DNA of 64,000 bases. Origin: Selaginella moellendorffii (Eukaryota > Plantae > Lycopodiophyta). Shown in pieces: positions 1-11,460 of this stretch (position 1 is the first letter of the stretch; each line of letters opens with the position of its first letter). The position numbers and the translations under genes are program-made. The notes beneath the pieces are model-generated. The model made no database searches, was not told the origin of the DNA, and saw only the letters and a list, made by a program, of their open reading frames with translations. The DNA is taken from assembly GCF_000143415.4 (NCBI RefSeq), contig NW_003314265.1, positions 1,047,864 through 1,111,863 on the forward strand, written 5' to 3'.

Positions 1-984
1 TTTTTTCCATTCTACTTTAGTCACTTAACCACACCTCCGACCACTTGGAAGAGTTTCATTCACAACCTCCATAAGTCCCACTCAGGACTTGGGGCTTGCT
101 AGCCCCGAGAATGGCATCCATGCTACTCAACCTTTGCACTTGGTCCCAGTGCTCCACGTGTCCAATCCCATGACCGACACCCCAAGGCACCACCAACATA
201 CCAGCCTGTTACGCTAAGCCATGCCCAATCGCCTTGGTCACATTGGTGGTCCAACACCACTTACATTGCAATCCCGTCTCTCCAAGATTGGGCTATCCGT
301 CCATGAGTGGTCATCCCAAATCCACTCTTTAGCATCCTTAGGATGCCCATAGACATGGGGAATAGCCTTCCCCAATATCCCCTTTCCGGTCCCTACCAAG
401 TCCCTTTCTGCCCATGGCCGTGTTCACCAACACTGCCACTGGATCAAGGCCCACAGGCCTGACCATTAAGTCCCATGGTCCTCTGGGACTTCTTCACCAC
501 ATGACTATATCCTTGGTCATTACATCAGAGGACTACTCCTCCTCCTTTCCATAGTCTAGGCCTCCGGGACAACATTTCGGAACATCATGGCCTTACGCAA
601 GCCTCGTGGGTACTCTCCCCACCTTCCGCCTTTGGGTGCTTTCGTCATGGGCTTAAAGCGAGGTTCTGTTAAGCCACACCAGGTATCCAAGTAGGTAGTG
701 CCACCCACACTTGGACTGGGAGCATCGGCCAGTCGACCTCCTAGGGGAACTAGAGCCGGCTTTTGAACATTTCACCAAGCTACCCCGCTTGTCAGTCTAT
801 GTTCACTCTAGTCTTGGACTTCCCAGTGGGCAGCTCATCACCCAACACTAGGTACAGCCCTCCTGGGCCAAACTGGCCTTTCCTGGCCAAACTGGTTCCA
901 CTGTAGTCCTCCCCCTACTATACTTTTGGAGCTCACCAAACCCCCCAGGGTCTGGGAGACGAACGCTTTGGGCTTTCACCCTCT

Positions 985-1110
985 CAAACTCGAACTCGGA
1001 CTCGGGCTCAGACTCGGACTCGGACTCGGACTTGGACTCGGACTCGGACTCGGACTCAGACTCGGTCTCGATCTCGGCCTCGGTCTCGGTCTCGGTCCCG
1101 GTCCCAGTCC

Positions 1111-1142
<32 letters not shown>

Positions 1143-1420
1143 ACCTCGGACTCCATCTCGGATTCCATCTCAGACTCCATCTCAGACTCCGTCTCGGACT
1201 TCATCTCGGGTCCATCTCGGACTCCATCTCAGGTCCATCTCAGACTCCATCTCAGGTCCATCTTGGACTCCATCTTGAACTCCATCTCGGACTCCATCTC
1301 AGCCTCCATCTCAGACTCCACCTCGGACTCCACCTCGGACTCCAACTCGGGTCCATCTCGGACTCCATCTCGGACTCCACCTCGGACTCCATCTCGGACT
1401 CCGTCTCGGACTCCATCTCA
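985..1420. repeat. Tandem array inside family A LTR: (CTCGGA/CTCGGT)n hexamers grading into (CTCCATCTCGGA)n 12-mers
   Basis: Directly visible; it produces the low-complexity ORFs 848-1204, 926-1717 and 1032-1559. Confidence 0.95.
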
Positions 1421-4400
1421 GACACTTCCACGTGTCATGTGTTGGTCCTTTTGGGTCCCTTTTTGGAGCCTCGCTTATTGCTCGCTTCATACTCATTCCT
1501 TGAGCTCTCCGTTGGGAGTTCCACTCCCGCTCTCAACCTTTCAACTCGGAGCCTTTTAGTCCAAACGTGTTACTCTCGTTTGGCTTTTGCTTCGGCCACT
1601 ACCACGTGGCACCCTTTCGGCTCCACTTTGGGGCTTAGGGATTTGTGTCTCACAACTCCACCACCCATAGACGAAGTTCGATGTCCTCATCGATCAGTAA
1701 ACCCTTTTATAAAGTAACACCTGCAGGTATTACCATTTCCATCCTTGGCACCCAGCCAATATTTGTCAATGGTTTGACCCCGAATGCTCACCATGCCTTG
1801 TCCATCCTCTAAGGGGTATAGTCTTTCTAACATAGAGACTCATTCGGCCACCTAGAGTGGTTTGCTCCCTTTTATTAGTTCAGTTCTCGCTAAACCCGTT
1901 AGAGACACCTTCTCTAACTCAATTCCACTACTCATTCTCGAGTAGTCCCAACTTCTATTGACATAACCAATTCACCTTGGAACTTTTTATTTTTGACTTC
2001 TTGAAGTTATTTTCTTTGGTGTCTTTGACACCCTTCACTGCACATATTGTGCAACTTCACTTCCCATCCTAGGAAGCTCCTCACTTGAGGGTGCCATCGT
2101 CCTCCATTCTATTTTATGCCACTTTTGGCACCAAGTTCCAGCCATCATAAGTTGTGCTAGAGCTATCCACGGCCCTATCCTTTGGCTACGTCGCCGCTCC
2201 CTCCCTTGGAGCTTTCACCTTTACCAACTTGGAGCATTTGGGAATTTATCCTTGGAAGCACACTTCCTTTCTCACAATCCGTTAGCATCTAACACACTAG
2301 TGTTCCATGTCTAACTTTGCCATTTGGATTCCTTTCAATGAACTCCATAGCCCACACTTGGCTATTAGTCTTTTGCTCTTATCTATTGATCGTTGCACTG
2401 AGCAACATAGAATCACTACCTCCATTCTTAAGGTATCCTTTTGGTTCCATGGCAAAGGCTCTACTTTGCTAAGTCCAGTGGGTGCTCACCCTTAGTAGGT
2501 CTCTTTAGCAATTTCTGCTCTGGGCTTCGTCCATAGCCCAACTTTGCGACCCTTCCATGGGTCTCTCCCCGAGACTACTTTCTTAGACTTACTATACCAC
2601 CGTATTGGCACAATTGATTTCGCTTTAGGTGTCCTTCTCACTTGGTCACCTCGACCAAGTCACACCATTATCAATAGTTCAAATCAACACTTTGAACTGG
2701 GAATCATATTCCTTAACCCAAACAAAGACCTTGTCTTTGTTTAGCCATAAGATTCTCATCTTGACCCCTTAACAAGTCTACCAATAGGAATTAGGTCTTC
2801 TAGACCCTTTTAAATTGTTGACTACGACCCCGGGGGCATCCCCCACACTTGGTGGTGCACCCAAGCCAACCCTTCTAGCCAAGGATCCATAGCAACTGAG
2901 ACTGGGTGTCCCCATCTCATTCACCACGTCCTTGGTGCCATTCGCACCAAAGTGTTCAAGTTAGATATGCCGAGCTTTCACTTTAAGCAATCTAACCGTG
3001 CATTATAACTCCGAGGCATCCCTCGCTTGGCGATGTGCCTAAACCAGTCTCCTCACTGAGAGTCAATGACCACCGAAAAATGAGTGTCCTCATATTCCAA
3101 ACCATCACCACGCCCTAGTGATTTGGGACTCGAACCCAAGCACTAGAGGGTTGGGACTCGAACCCAACCTCCGTATATGCATCTACGGATGGCATCACAC
3201 AAGATGCCTGGCATGACTCCCCATGCCGGTGCACCAACATATACTTAAAGTGCGCTATAGATCACAGCTTAGGAACCTAGTTCCTCTGCACTGCCACGTC
3301 CTCTCGCTTAACAAGTCTGTGATCATGCATGGACTCCTCCATGCTCAGCCTCATGGGCCACCCCTTTTGAAGTTAGCACCTTCAACTAGGGAATTTGTTC
3401 CCCACGACTTGCCAATCTCACTTAGCAAGTCATTCGGCCACCGTAACATAGTTCATGCATAAGCGTGAAAGTTCTTAACCATCGACTTTGTTCAAAGCCC
3501 TCTCTTTGAACACTCGGGAACTACTTCCCCAATCTTGATAGCCTCGCCTCATGGCAAGCTTCAAGACCATACTTCTGCTGCGCCACTCTGATTTCACGCG
3601 TTCTATGAACCATTTACATTTGGCTGACTAGGTACTTATCTACCTAGGGGAACGTTCAAGGAACTCCGTTCCTTGGCTTGCTAAGGCCTCTCCTTTCGCA
3701 AGCTTGTTAATTACCATATGGTCTAACATGGACAATCTTATGTTTTAGACTCTCCATGGCATCCTAGTCGCTAGTAACAACATGCTTAAGCACCCACTTG
3801 ATTCTCCACTCCCAACTTGTATAACCACCCATGGTCATGCCTGTCAATTCCTATGGTTTGGTTCTATCTCTATACTACTTGCCTTTTGGCCTCATACATT
3901 TCCTTCGGTTATTCTCCTCCAGATTAGGAAAATAGCTTTGCACTTTCTACCATGCCTTGACAAGTATTCATAAAGATGAATATACCTGACAGCCTAGGGA
4001 GTAGTTCCTCAATCCGGGTTTGCTCCTTTGTAATCCCACACGCTAGGATCACCGTTGCTACTTATGGGCCTTCATACGCCCATCACTAGCCTTGCCAAAA
4101 TCCCTCTTCGGCTTTGTCCAATTTGGGTAGACAGACTTCTTATATCTCCACAACCTTGGACATTTGGATAGCACCTTCTATCCTTTATTCGCTAGGGACT
4201 TTGTCTCTTGGGCATTATCCATTGCCCTCATGACACCAAATACCCCCTTTTGGTGTTCTAGAGTGTTTGGGTGTCCCAATGATGGCCTCTCTGACAATGA
4301 GCATTCCCTTTTCGACATTGACTTAGTATGTCGCAACATAAGCAATTTATCCCTTATAAGGGTATATAGAACTTCCTTATCCCAATAAAAAGTCTTAAGT

Positions 4401-5676
4401 AGTTACCTTCTACCAGTTTATGAATTATTTTGCACCTTTTGCTTAGTTGCTTCATAGTTGTCAAGTCCTACAACTCATTGCTAGTGCTTCCACACCTCCA
4501 TCATTATCTGGGTCACCACACTCTAACCGTATGCCTTCTAGCTTAGGCTATGCTATTCCCATTTCCATTGGGATTCCTTTGAAAGGGGTTCTCATAAACC
4601 CACCAACTTAACCTCAAGGCAGCACGCCTTGGCACCTTCAGTGTTTTCACACCATCGGCTCCACGAGCCAAACTTTTTGACACTTCTTACTTGTGTCCAA
4701 GTATTTATGCCAAGACCAATATAGTTGTCTCTTAGGCCAATTATCCATTAGCACTGCACCATAGAGTTCATACACAACTTTGTGTCAAAGTTGTTTTCTT
4801 TCGGGAAACTCTTTCCCACGACTTTAGCATAGCACCTTCTGCCATCAATGAGATACATACTGCTCTCATGCTTGGATCTCAAGATCCTCCCCATCCTTCG
4901 TGGGGCACTACACACCTCAGTCCAAATGCTTTCCTGAAGCCCTTAGGATTATTCCTTGACTCTATTGGAATCATTCAACCTTTTGGACTTTATTAATCTG
5001 ACGACCTATGAGGTCCTACTTTTGAGGTGCTAACTCACTGGAATATAACTCTTTGTATTCATGTCCTACTCACAAGGATCATCTTTTGCAAGTGTTACTC
5101 TGACACTTGATTTGTTCTCTAGGGGCAACCTTTCACCCCTTAGGACCACTTGTCCATGTGATGAGAATACCAACTCATCCTCTAAATACACCCCCAATTC
5201 CTTGGGTTGTTCCAGCATTTATTAGAGGTAGCTCCAGCTACCATTTCAAGGACTTGTATCCTTTCCTGTATTTGACCTCCCACGGTCATTACTTCTGGTC
5301 TCAAATTCATAAGCACCAGTCTCAACTTCATGAGGGTAATCTTGTGACTCCTTTATCGTTTTGGAGTCTCTATCTTCCCTATGATCCCAACTATAATTGT
5401 TTACCACAACTACATTAGCCAGTTTGCTGAGTCAAATGCTCATTTGGATCACAACCTCAACTCAATGAGGAAAACCTTGCACTGTTCCCAAGATCCCAAA
5501 GTTGTTCCATCATTGGCCCTTTCTATCCTTGCCTCCAAGTTCACACGTGAACTATAGTGGAGAGCCATGTCTTCTTGATTTGCTACTCCTCAAGGACAAG
5601 CCCACTCTTAGGACCTTCCAATGCCAACACTAGTGGTGATATACTTCAGCACCAATAAAAGTTGAACTAAGGAACA

Positions 5677-5688
5677 GTTCCAATACCA
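5677..5688 (-). promoter_or_regulatory. Primer binding site (tRNA-iMet), degenerate
   Basis: Minus strand reads TGGTATTGGAAC 3 nt from the LTR edge. Copy A2 reads TGGTATCGGAGC; the consensus is TGGTATCAGAGC. Confidence 0.8.
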
Positions 5689-6001
5689 AATTGTAAGCGT
5701 TTAAATTTTTTCCATTCTACTTTAGTCACTTAACCACACCTCTGACCACTTGGAGGAGTTTCATTCACAACTTCCATAAGTCCCACTCAGGACTTGGGGC
5801 TTGCTAGCCCCGAGAATGGCATCCATGCTACTCAACCTTTGCACTTGGTCCCAGTGCTCCACGTGTCCAGTCCCATGACTGACACCTCAAGGCACCACCA
5901 ACATACCAGCCTGTTACGCTAGGCCATGCCCAATCGCCTTGATCACATCGGTGGTCCAACACCACCTGCATTGCAATCTCGTCTCTCCAAGACTGGGTCT
6001 C

Positions 6002-7802
6002 TCCAGTCCCGATCATGATGGTGAAGATATCTACAATCATAGTCCTTTTTTTTATCATTATATAGAATTCTTCACTAACCTGCAAGGAAAATAAAAGTAC
6101 AAAATGCTAATTTTGGGATCACATCAGCTCCAGATCACCAGCCTGCCTCCACTATGTGCTGAAGCAAAGAGGCTCGACCAATGAAGCTCCTAAGAGTATG
6201 GCCACTACATGATTTGGCTATGGTGCTTTAATTGCATTAAACACACCTTGCTCCAGCCAACGGTAACCAAAGTTCTGCCAATTCTTCATTGGCCAAACAA
6301 ACATCTACAAAATTTTTACTGAAACCATGCAGATTGAGGTTGCCTTGCTCCTATATTGGACAGTTGAGAGCCTCTCCTCCTTATCAATTTATTGTTGCAG
6401 ACTAGTAATGCCCACCAAATGGTGGGTAAATACGAAAAGCTAGAGATCACAAACTATTGTTACATATATTTAAATCATATATAGAAATATCAAATTATAA
6501 ATATATATTTCAGTTTTATCTATAGAAATCTTCTAGAAAAAAGTGTACTAGTGTAGTGCAAAAGAAAGCATGTGTATACACATGCATCATTAATGCATGA
6601 ATTTAAATAATAATACTTGAATTAGGGCTTTGAATAATTAAAACCATGCACTTTTTATTTATAAAGTCACCTTATAAAGAAAAAGGCAAAAAGGCACATC
6701 ACAAATTTTGTGGGAACTTTGAGATTAATCTAAATGAATAATAACAATTAGATGGTTGAATATATTGTAGGTATATTCACCACCACCTAACCAAACCAAA
6801 ATATAGCTGGAACTCTTGTTTAATATAGCCAGTATTGGTTTTATACTCTTGAAGTATTGTTCATATACTCTATAGATAAATATTTTTACTTTCTATTTCT
6901 ATTTTTATTATCACTGAAACTCCAGCCGGGTTGTGGATAATGCCAGCAATGAAGGTGTTTCAGTTGTATGATTGTGGTTGTGATGATTAACATGTATATT
7001 TTTTAAAGCACACAAGAAGATTAGAAATAGTTTCTACAAGGAAAGGATTGAGATCATATGTCCTTGGCCAAAGCTGAAATAAAATGATAGAAGGTAATGC
7101 TAAAAGCCATAGAGATCACAACAACTATCATGTCCTATTCAAAGAAGCTAATCAAGAAATACCATCAAAGTACTCAACTCTAGCTAATATCCCTTCATGA
7201 AATCACAATGATGAGGGTTGCATTCAAGAAGATTGTTCCTTGCAATCAAGAGAGATGCTTTTAACTTTTGATATATTTTCATGCATGCTTATAATCACTT
7301 AATAGATTATCTTGTCATTATAAACTGTAAACATATTGATTTCCAAATGTTACTTAGATTTTTAAATTTTAGTTTGATAATTTTCATGGTTTGTAAAAAA
7401 TAAAAATGGTTAATATTTAATGTAAATAAGTTTGAAGTGATCGTTATTTCAGATCTTACGTCGTTTATAAGACGCCCGCGCTCGCTAGAAGGAGGGTGCC
7501 AGTATAGCTTGCACGTGTGTCACGGTAATGTACAATGGTACAGCTACAATCGTGAGGAGCCAGCTTCCTTTTTGTGGCAGAAGGTAGTTCACGTAAAATG
7601 ATAGCAAATCTCAAGTCACATTCCAATCCTTTAAGCTCTCTCTCTCTCTCTCTCGCCGCCTTGGTTTGCTCTATCTCTCGCTTGCTGGGCGCTCTCTGGG
7701 CTTGCTCTATCTCTGCTGCGCTTCTCCACATGAGCTTCACCCGGATCATCCAGCCGGTCGCTACAATGAAGATCAAGCGCTTCTTCACCATGCTCAAGCC
7801 AG
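6002..7802 (+). repeat. 1.8-kb direct duplication, copy 1 (HSP20-like upstream region and 5' CDS)
   Basis: Near-identical to 14944-16735, with a few SNPs and a 9-bp indel (offset changes from 8942 to 8933). Confidence 0.95.
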
Positions 7803-8389
7803 CAGCGGACTTCTCCAGCCAGGGAACAATCTTCTGCAAGCCGGCTGGAATCATCTCCATGCTCCAGCGCATCCAGCCGGTCGTCTTCAAGCGCTTCTTC
7901 ACCATGCTCAAGCCAGCACCGGACTTCTCCAGCCAGGGGACTGCAATCTTCTCCAACCCAGCCGGCATCTCGCCCAAGAGCTCCATGCTGTCGCCATTCT
8001 CCAAGCTTGGGTCCGCTAGCCGGGCTGCTTGTGCGGCCACTTACTGCTCGTCTACTGGGGACGAAGATTGGGAGCCTGTGCTACCCGTGCCTGGCTCTTA
8101 TAGCCTCCGCATGTCGCCATACGAGCAACGAGCTCTCCTTTCCAGTCGATGGGTTTACGGGGAGAAGAATCACAAGCTGTTTGTGGTGGATCTCCCTCCG
8201 GAGACAGCAAGTGGGGACTGGATGGTGTCGGTGGGCGATGGGACTATGACAATCAGTCACCAGGTCAAGCCGTTCAGCTTGGAAGAGAAACTGCCGCTGG
8301 ACTTGGATGTCTCCACCATGGAAAAGTCCTTCCAGCCGACCAATGGGCAGTTGCTGCTCAAGTTCAAGATCCGTGGGAGCTCCACCTAG
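7730..8389 (+). CDS. Alpha-crystallin-domain / small heat-shock (HSP20-like) protein, probably organelle-targeted, intronless, 219 aa
   Basis: The C-terminus LFVVDLPPE..WMVSVGDGTMTIS..F....LPLDLDVSTMEKSF..NGQLLLKF follows the ACD beta-sandwich pattern. The N-terminus is R/K/S/F-rich and nearly free of acidic residues. ATG 7730 follows a CT-rich leader; the ORF track starts further upstream at a non-ATG codon. Confidence 0.7.
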   Translation: MSFTRIIQPVATMKIKRFFTMLKPAADFSSQGTIFCKPAGIISMLQRIQPVVFKRFFTMLKPAPDFSSQGTAIFSNPAGISPKSSMLSPFSKLGSASRAACAATYCSSTGDEDWEPVLPVPGSYSLRMSPYEQRALLSSRWVYGEKNHKLFVVDLPPETASGDWMVSVGDGTMTISHQVKPFSLEEKLPLDLDVSTMEKSFQPTNGQLLLKFKIRGSST

Positions 8390-9989
8390 GCCTAGTTGTT
8401 TTCCTGTAAGAAGTTTTTCTCTTCTTCGTTCCTCTGTTTCTTCGGTTTTTCTCTCGTCGTGATCTCAGTACTAGGAAAATTTCTTGTTATGGATTTTCAG
8501 CGGAAATGCGGTGATCCCTTAGCTAGGGCATGGATGTTCTTGTGTGAGTGGTGCTCTCGCGATGGTCTCGTCTTCGTCGATATTTCATTCGTGTGACCGT
8601 TTTCGCTAAAATTTGGGATCGTTGGATATTCCTTTCTTGCGGTTGTGACATTTCGAGTGATCGTCCTCACGATGCCGGGTTGTCGACAGTATGTCCTGCT
8701 GCCGCTCGTCCCCGATCCAACCCACTCCAGTCCCAGCGCCGGCCTTCGATGGAATCGTCCCTGACCGCGCAGTGGCGGACGAAGATCCAGGTCTGTTGAG
8801 GACGACCTGAATCTTTTCTCATTCGTTTCGTTTCTTGCCTACAAGTTGAGATTTGATGCTTCTAACAGGAAGCTTGGGGACAAGCAGGATTTGTCGCAGT
8901 GGTGTGTGGCGATCCATATAATCCCTGGCTTCAGCTGGATTAATTCGAAAGTCGGGATATTGTTCTTGTGAAGCCGGTTTTACTTCACGTTTATGATTTG
9001 GAAGCCGCCTCAATAAATGGAGTTGTAGCTTGGACGATTTCAAAAAGCTGATTTGGTGTTCTCCAGTCGAAGGGCATGACTTCCATTGGGTTCGCCGGGT
9101 TCGGCTGGGGAGGTAACTAAGACTTTGCGTCGGGATCATCTCGGATCTGAATTTGCTGCTGTTGCCTCCACAGGCAAGGAAAGCTCGGATTGCAACGCAG
9201 GATTGTCACCCTGTTTCCACTACCTTGGATGACGTCCAAGGTAAATCACATTCTTCAGTCGTGATTTTTCTGATTTCTCTTGCTCGTTTCCAGCTTGTAA
9301 ACCACCCATCACAATTCTAGCAGCGAAGTCCAGGCCCATCAAATACCTTGAGAAAGCAGAGAAGATTACTATAGCCTCTGTTTACTCGTCGTTGATCAAT
9401 GCACCTTTGGAGACAAGCATATTTCGTCAAGATTTATCGAGAGACCTCTCATGGCTGGACCACTTGCTATAATGTGAAGGAAGCATCTGCTATGAAGTGC
9501 GCTGACGAAGCTCAAAACGACTGAATCGCTTGGTTCCACAAGCATCTTCAAGATGAAGTGGTCTGAGGTCTTCTAAGTAAGAATCAGCCAGCTACAGATA
9601 ATTTAAGGGCACTTATAAGTTTGAGTTAAGGCTCACTTGATCGAGAAGTAGAGAAAAGATGAGAGAGAAGAAACCAACCTAGTACTTCTATATATATGGA
9701 TTTTGTGGATTTTGTGTGGATTGAGATATAATTTGTTATAGTTATAATAACATCTGATAAAATAGTTTATAGCTATAACATAAGATATAGTTGTAATTAT
9801 TATATGATTTAATATATAGTTATAATATTGAATTTTATTTTTCGAATACTAATTTATTACAAAAGGATATTCCAATTATATTCAAAGAATTATATTGCAG
9901 CAGAATATTCTTTAATCAACCACCTTTTTGCCAACAACCATATAAATTTGTAAGCTATATAAAACATTTAGGTTTTAAGGTTTTGTGCC

Positions 9990-11158
9990 ATGGCTCAGAA
10001 GGTGACTATGAGGTATTTGCAATTGAAGTTCGCAAGGAAGGAACCAATCACTATGGTCACAGCATATGATTATCCTAGTGCAGTTCACGTAGATCAAGCA
10101 GGCATAGATATGTGTTTGGTCGGGGATTCTGCAGGAATGGTTGTCCATGGCTATAATACAACACTACCAGTAACCATGACAGAGATGTTGTCACACTGCA
10201 AGGCTGTTAAGCGAGGAGCCAGCAAATGTTTCCTTGTTGGGGATCTTCCTTTCGGGAGCTACGAACAGGCACCCCATCAGGTTTTGCCACTCTAATTTGG
10301 TTTCATTCATGCTAATATGAAATTTTGTTCTGCCTCATGGCTTGATCCATCAGGCTGTAGAGAGCGCAGTGAGCCTTGTCAAGGAAGGCGGAATGGATGC
10401 AATTAAGCTAGAGGGTGGTAATGCATCTCGAATCACTGCAGTGAAGGCAATTCATGATGCTGGAATTGCTGTCATAGGACACATTGGTCTCACTCCACAG
10501 TCAATCGGTATTCTTGGTGGCTTCCGACCACAAGGGCTGACTTCTGAAGGTGCTATGAAGGTAACTGAAATCTCTTTTCAATCATATTGTGATAGCGTTT
10601 TTGTGAACTTAGTTGCTGGAGCAAGCATTGCTCTTGGAAGCTGCTGGGTGCTTTGCTATTGTTCTAGAGTGTGTACCTTCGGCCGTTGGTGCTGCAATAA
10701 CTTCATCATTGCAAATACCAACAATTGGAATTGGAGCCGGACCCTTTTGCAGTGGCCAGGTAAACAATTTCCATTTATGGTTTATTTACAAGCCGTATAT
10801 TGAAAACATACAATACCAGGTCCTAGTTTATCATGATCTTCTAGGAATGATGCATCCTCAGCACACAAAGGTAAAACAAAATCTCATATTTTGTTTTGGC
10901 TTAATTGCATTCGTGTGATAGGTTGCACCCAAGTTTTGTAAACAATTTGCTAAAGTGGGAGATGTTATTCAAGAAGGCCTCGCCAAATATCGCGCAGAGG
11001 TCTCTAGTGGTGCTTTTCCTTGTCATGCATACACTCCATACCGAATCAATCCTGGCCAAACAGACTTGTTCCTGAAGGGGCTTGAAAGTAAGGGTTCTCT
11101 TGATGCAGCACAAGCTGCTGCTAGCGCTAGAGGATGGGAAGAAACGGGTGAAAGATGA
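9990..11158 (+). CDS. panB: 3-methyl-2-oxobutanoate (ketopantoate) hydroxymethyltransferase, KPHMT; exons 9990-10280, 10354-10560, 10613-10759, 10820-10870, 10922-11158 (310 aa)
   Basis: Motifs [73 protein letters not shown] and PKFCKQF are present. Four GT-AG introns (73, 52, 60, 51 nt) join the ORF pieces in frame. Confidence 0.96.
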
Positions 11159-11259
11159 TATATGGTTTAATAACAGAATTATTAGTTGACTTGAGAATGC
11201 TGGCGTACCAATGATTTCGCCATCAGCAAAGGCAATTCGACTGTCATCTTGCCGGAAAG

Positions 11260-11460
11260 ACTTCGGCTACACGGACTACGTAAAACTCCTTAAGCAATGT
11301 GGGAAAACACGCCCTCACGCACATCCAAGCAGTAAGTTCAGGCAGGCTTCCGGAAAAGATGCGTTTAGTCATCGAGTTGAACAGTCTATTTACAGCAAAA
11401 CAAAATTGTTCTCTCGGGGCATGATGTAGATCAAACGACGAGCATCAGTGCTGCTCCACA
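11260..11460 (+). pseudogene. Short PPR-gene N-terminal fragment
   Basis: DYVKLLKQCGKTR resembles the Y..LL+QCG start of PLS-class PPR proteins; the frame breaks immediately afterwards. Confidence 0.35.

Larger units (their letters stand above)
1..5997 (-). mobile_element. Non-autonomous LTR retrotransposon (LARD-like, Ty3/gypsy-derived), family A, copy A1; 5' LTR truncated
   Basis: 3' LTR 1-1654 (starts before the window) ends ...TGTGTCTCACA. A purine tract on the minus strand lies at 1655-1670. The ~4-kb internal region has no long ORF. A degenerate tRNA-Met PBS is at 5677-5688. The 5' LTR starts TGT at 5692 and matches positions 1-~290 before breaking off at ~5997. The whole element is homologous to 33891-40826. 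Confidence 0.88.

Noticed and set aside
985-1420. Regular repeats as a possible CRISPR array
   Set aside because: Contiguous tandem units with no unique spacers, no cas genes, and a eukaryotic context.
848-1717. Long ORFs in several frames (also 34490-35186 and 40094-40859)
   Set aside because: They are translations of stop-free hexamer/12-mer arrays inside LTRs (SDSDS, GLGLG, ETETE).
5828-6085. 85-aa minus-strand ORF sharing its N-terminus with ORF 14788-15027
   Set aside because: It is a chimeric read across the LTR/duplication junction and has no recognisable domain.
6524-6540. Heat-shock element upstream of the HSP20-like gene
   Set aside because: GAAatcTTCtaGAA has a 3-nt spacer in the first pair, lies 1.2 kb upstream in AT-rich DNA, and is expected by chance.
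7465-8040. 191-aa antisense ORF
   Set aside because: It is the shadow of the GC-rich sense HSP20-like CDS.
8690-9500. Possible small spliced gene between HSP20 and panB
   Set aside because: GT/AG sites exist, but I could not build an open, recognisable product.
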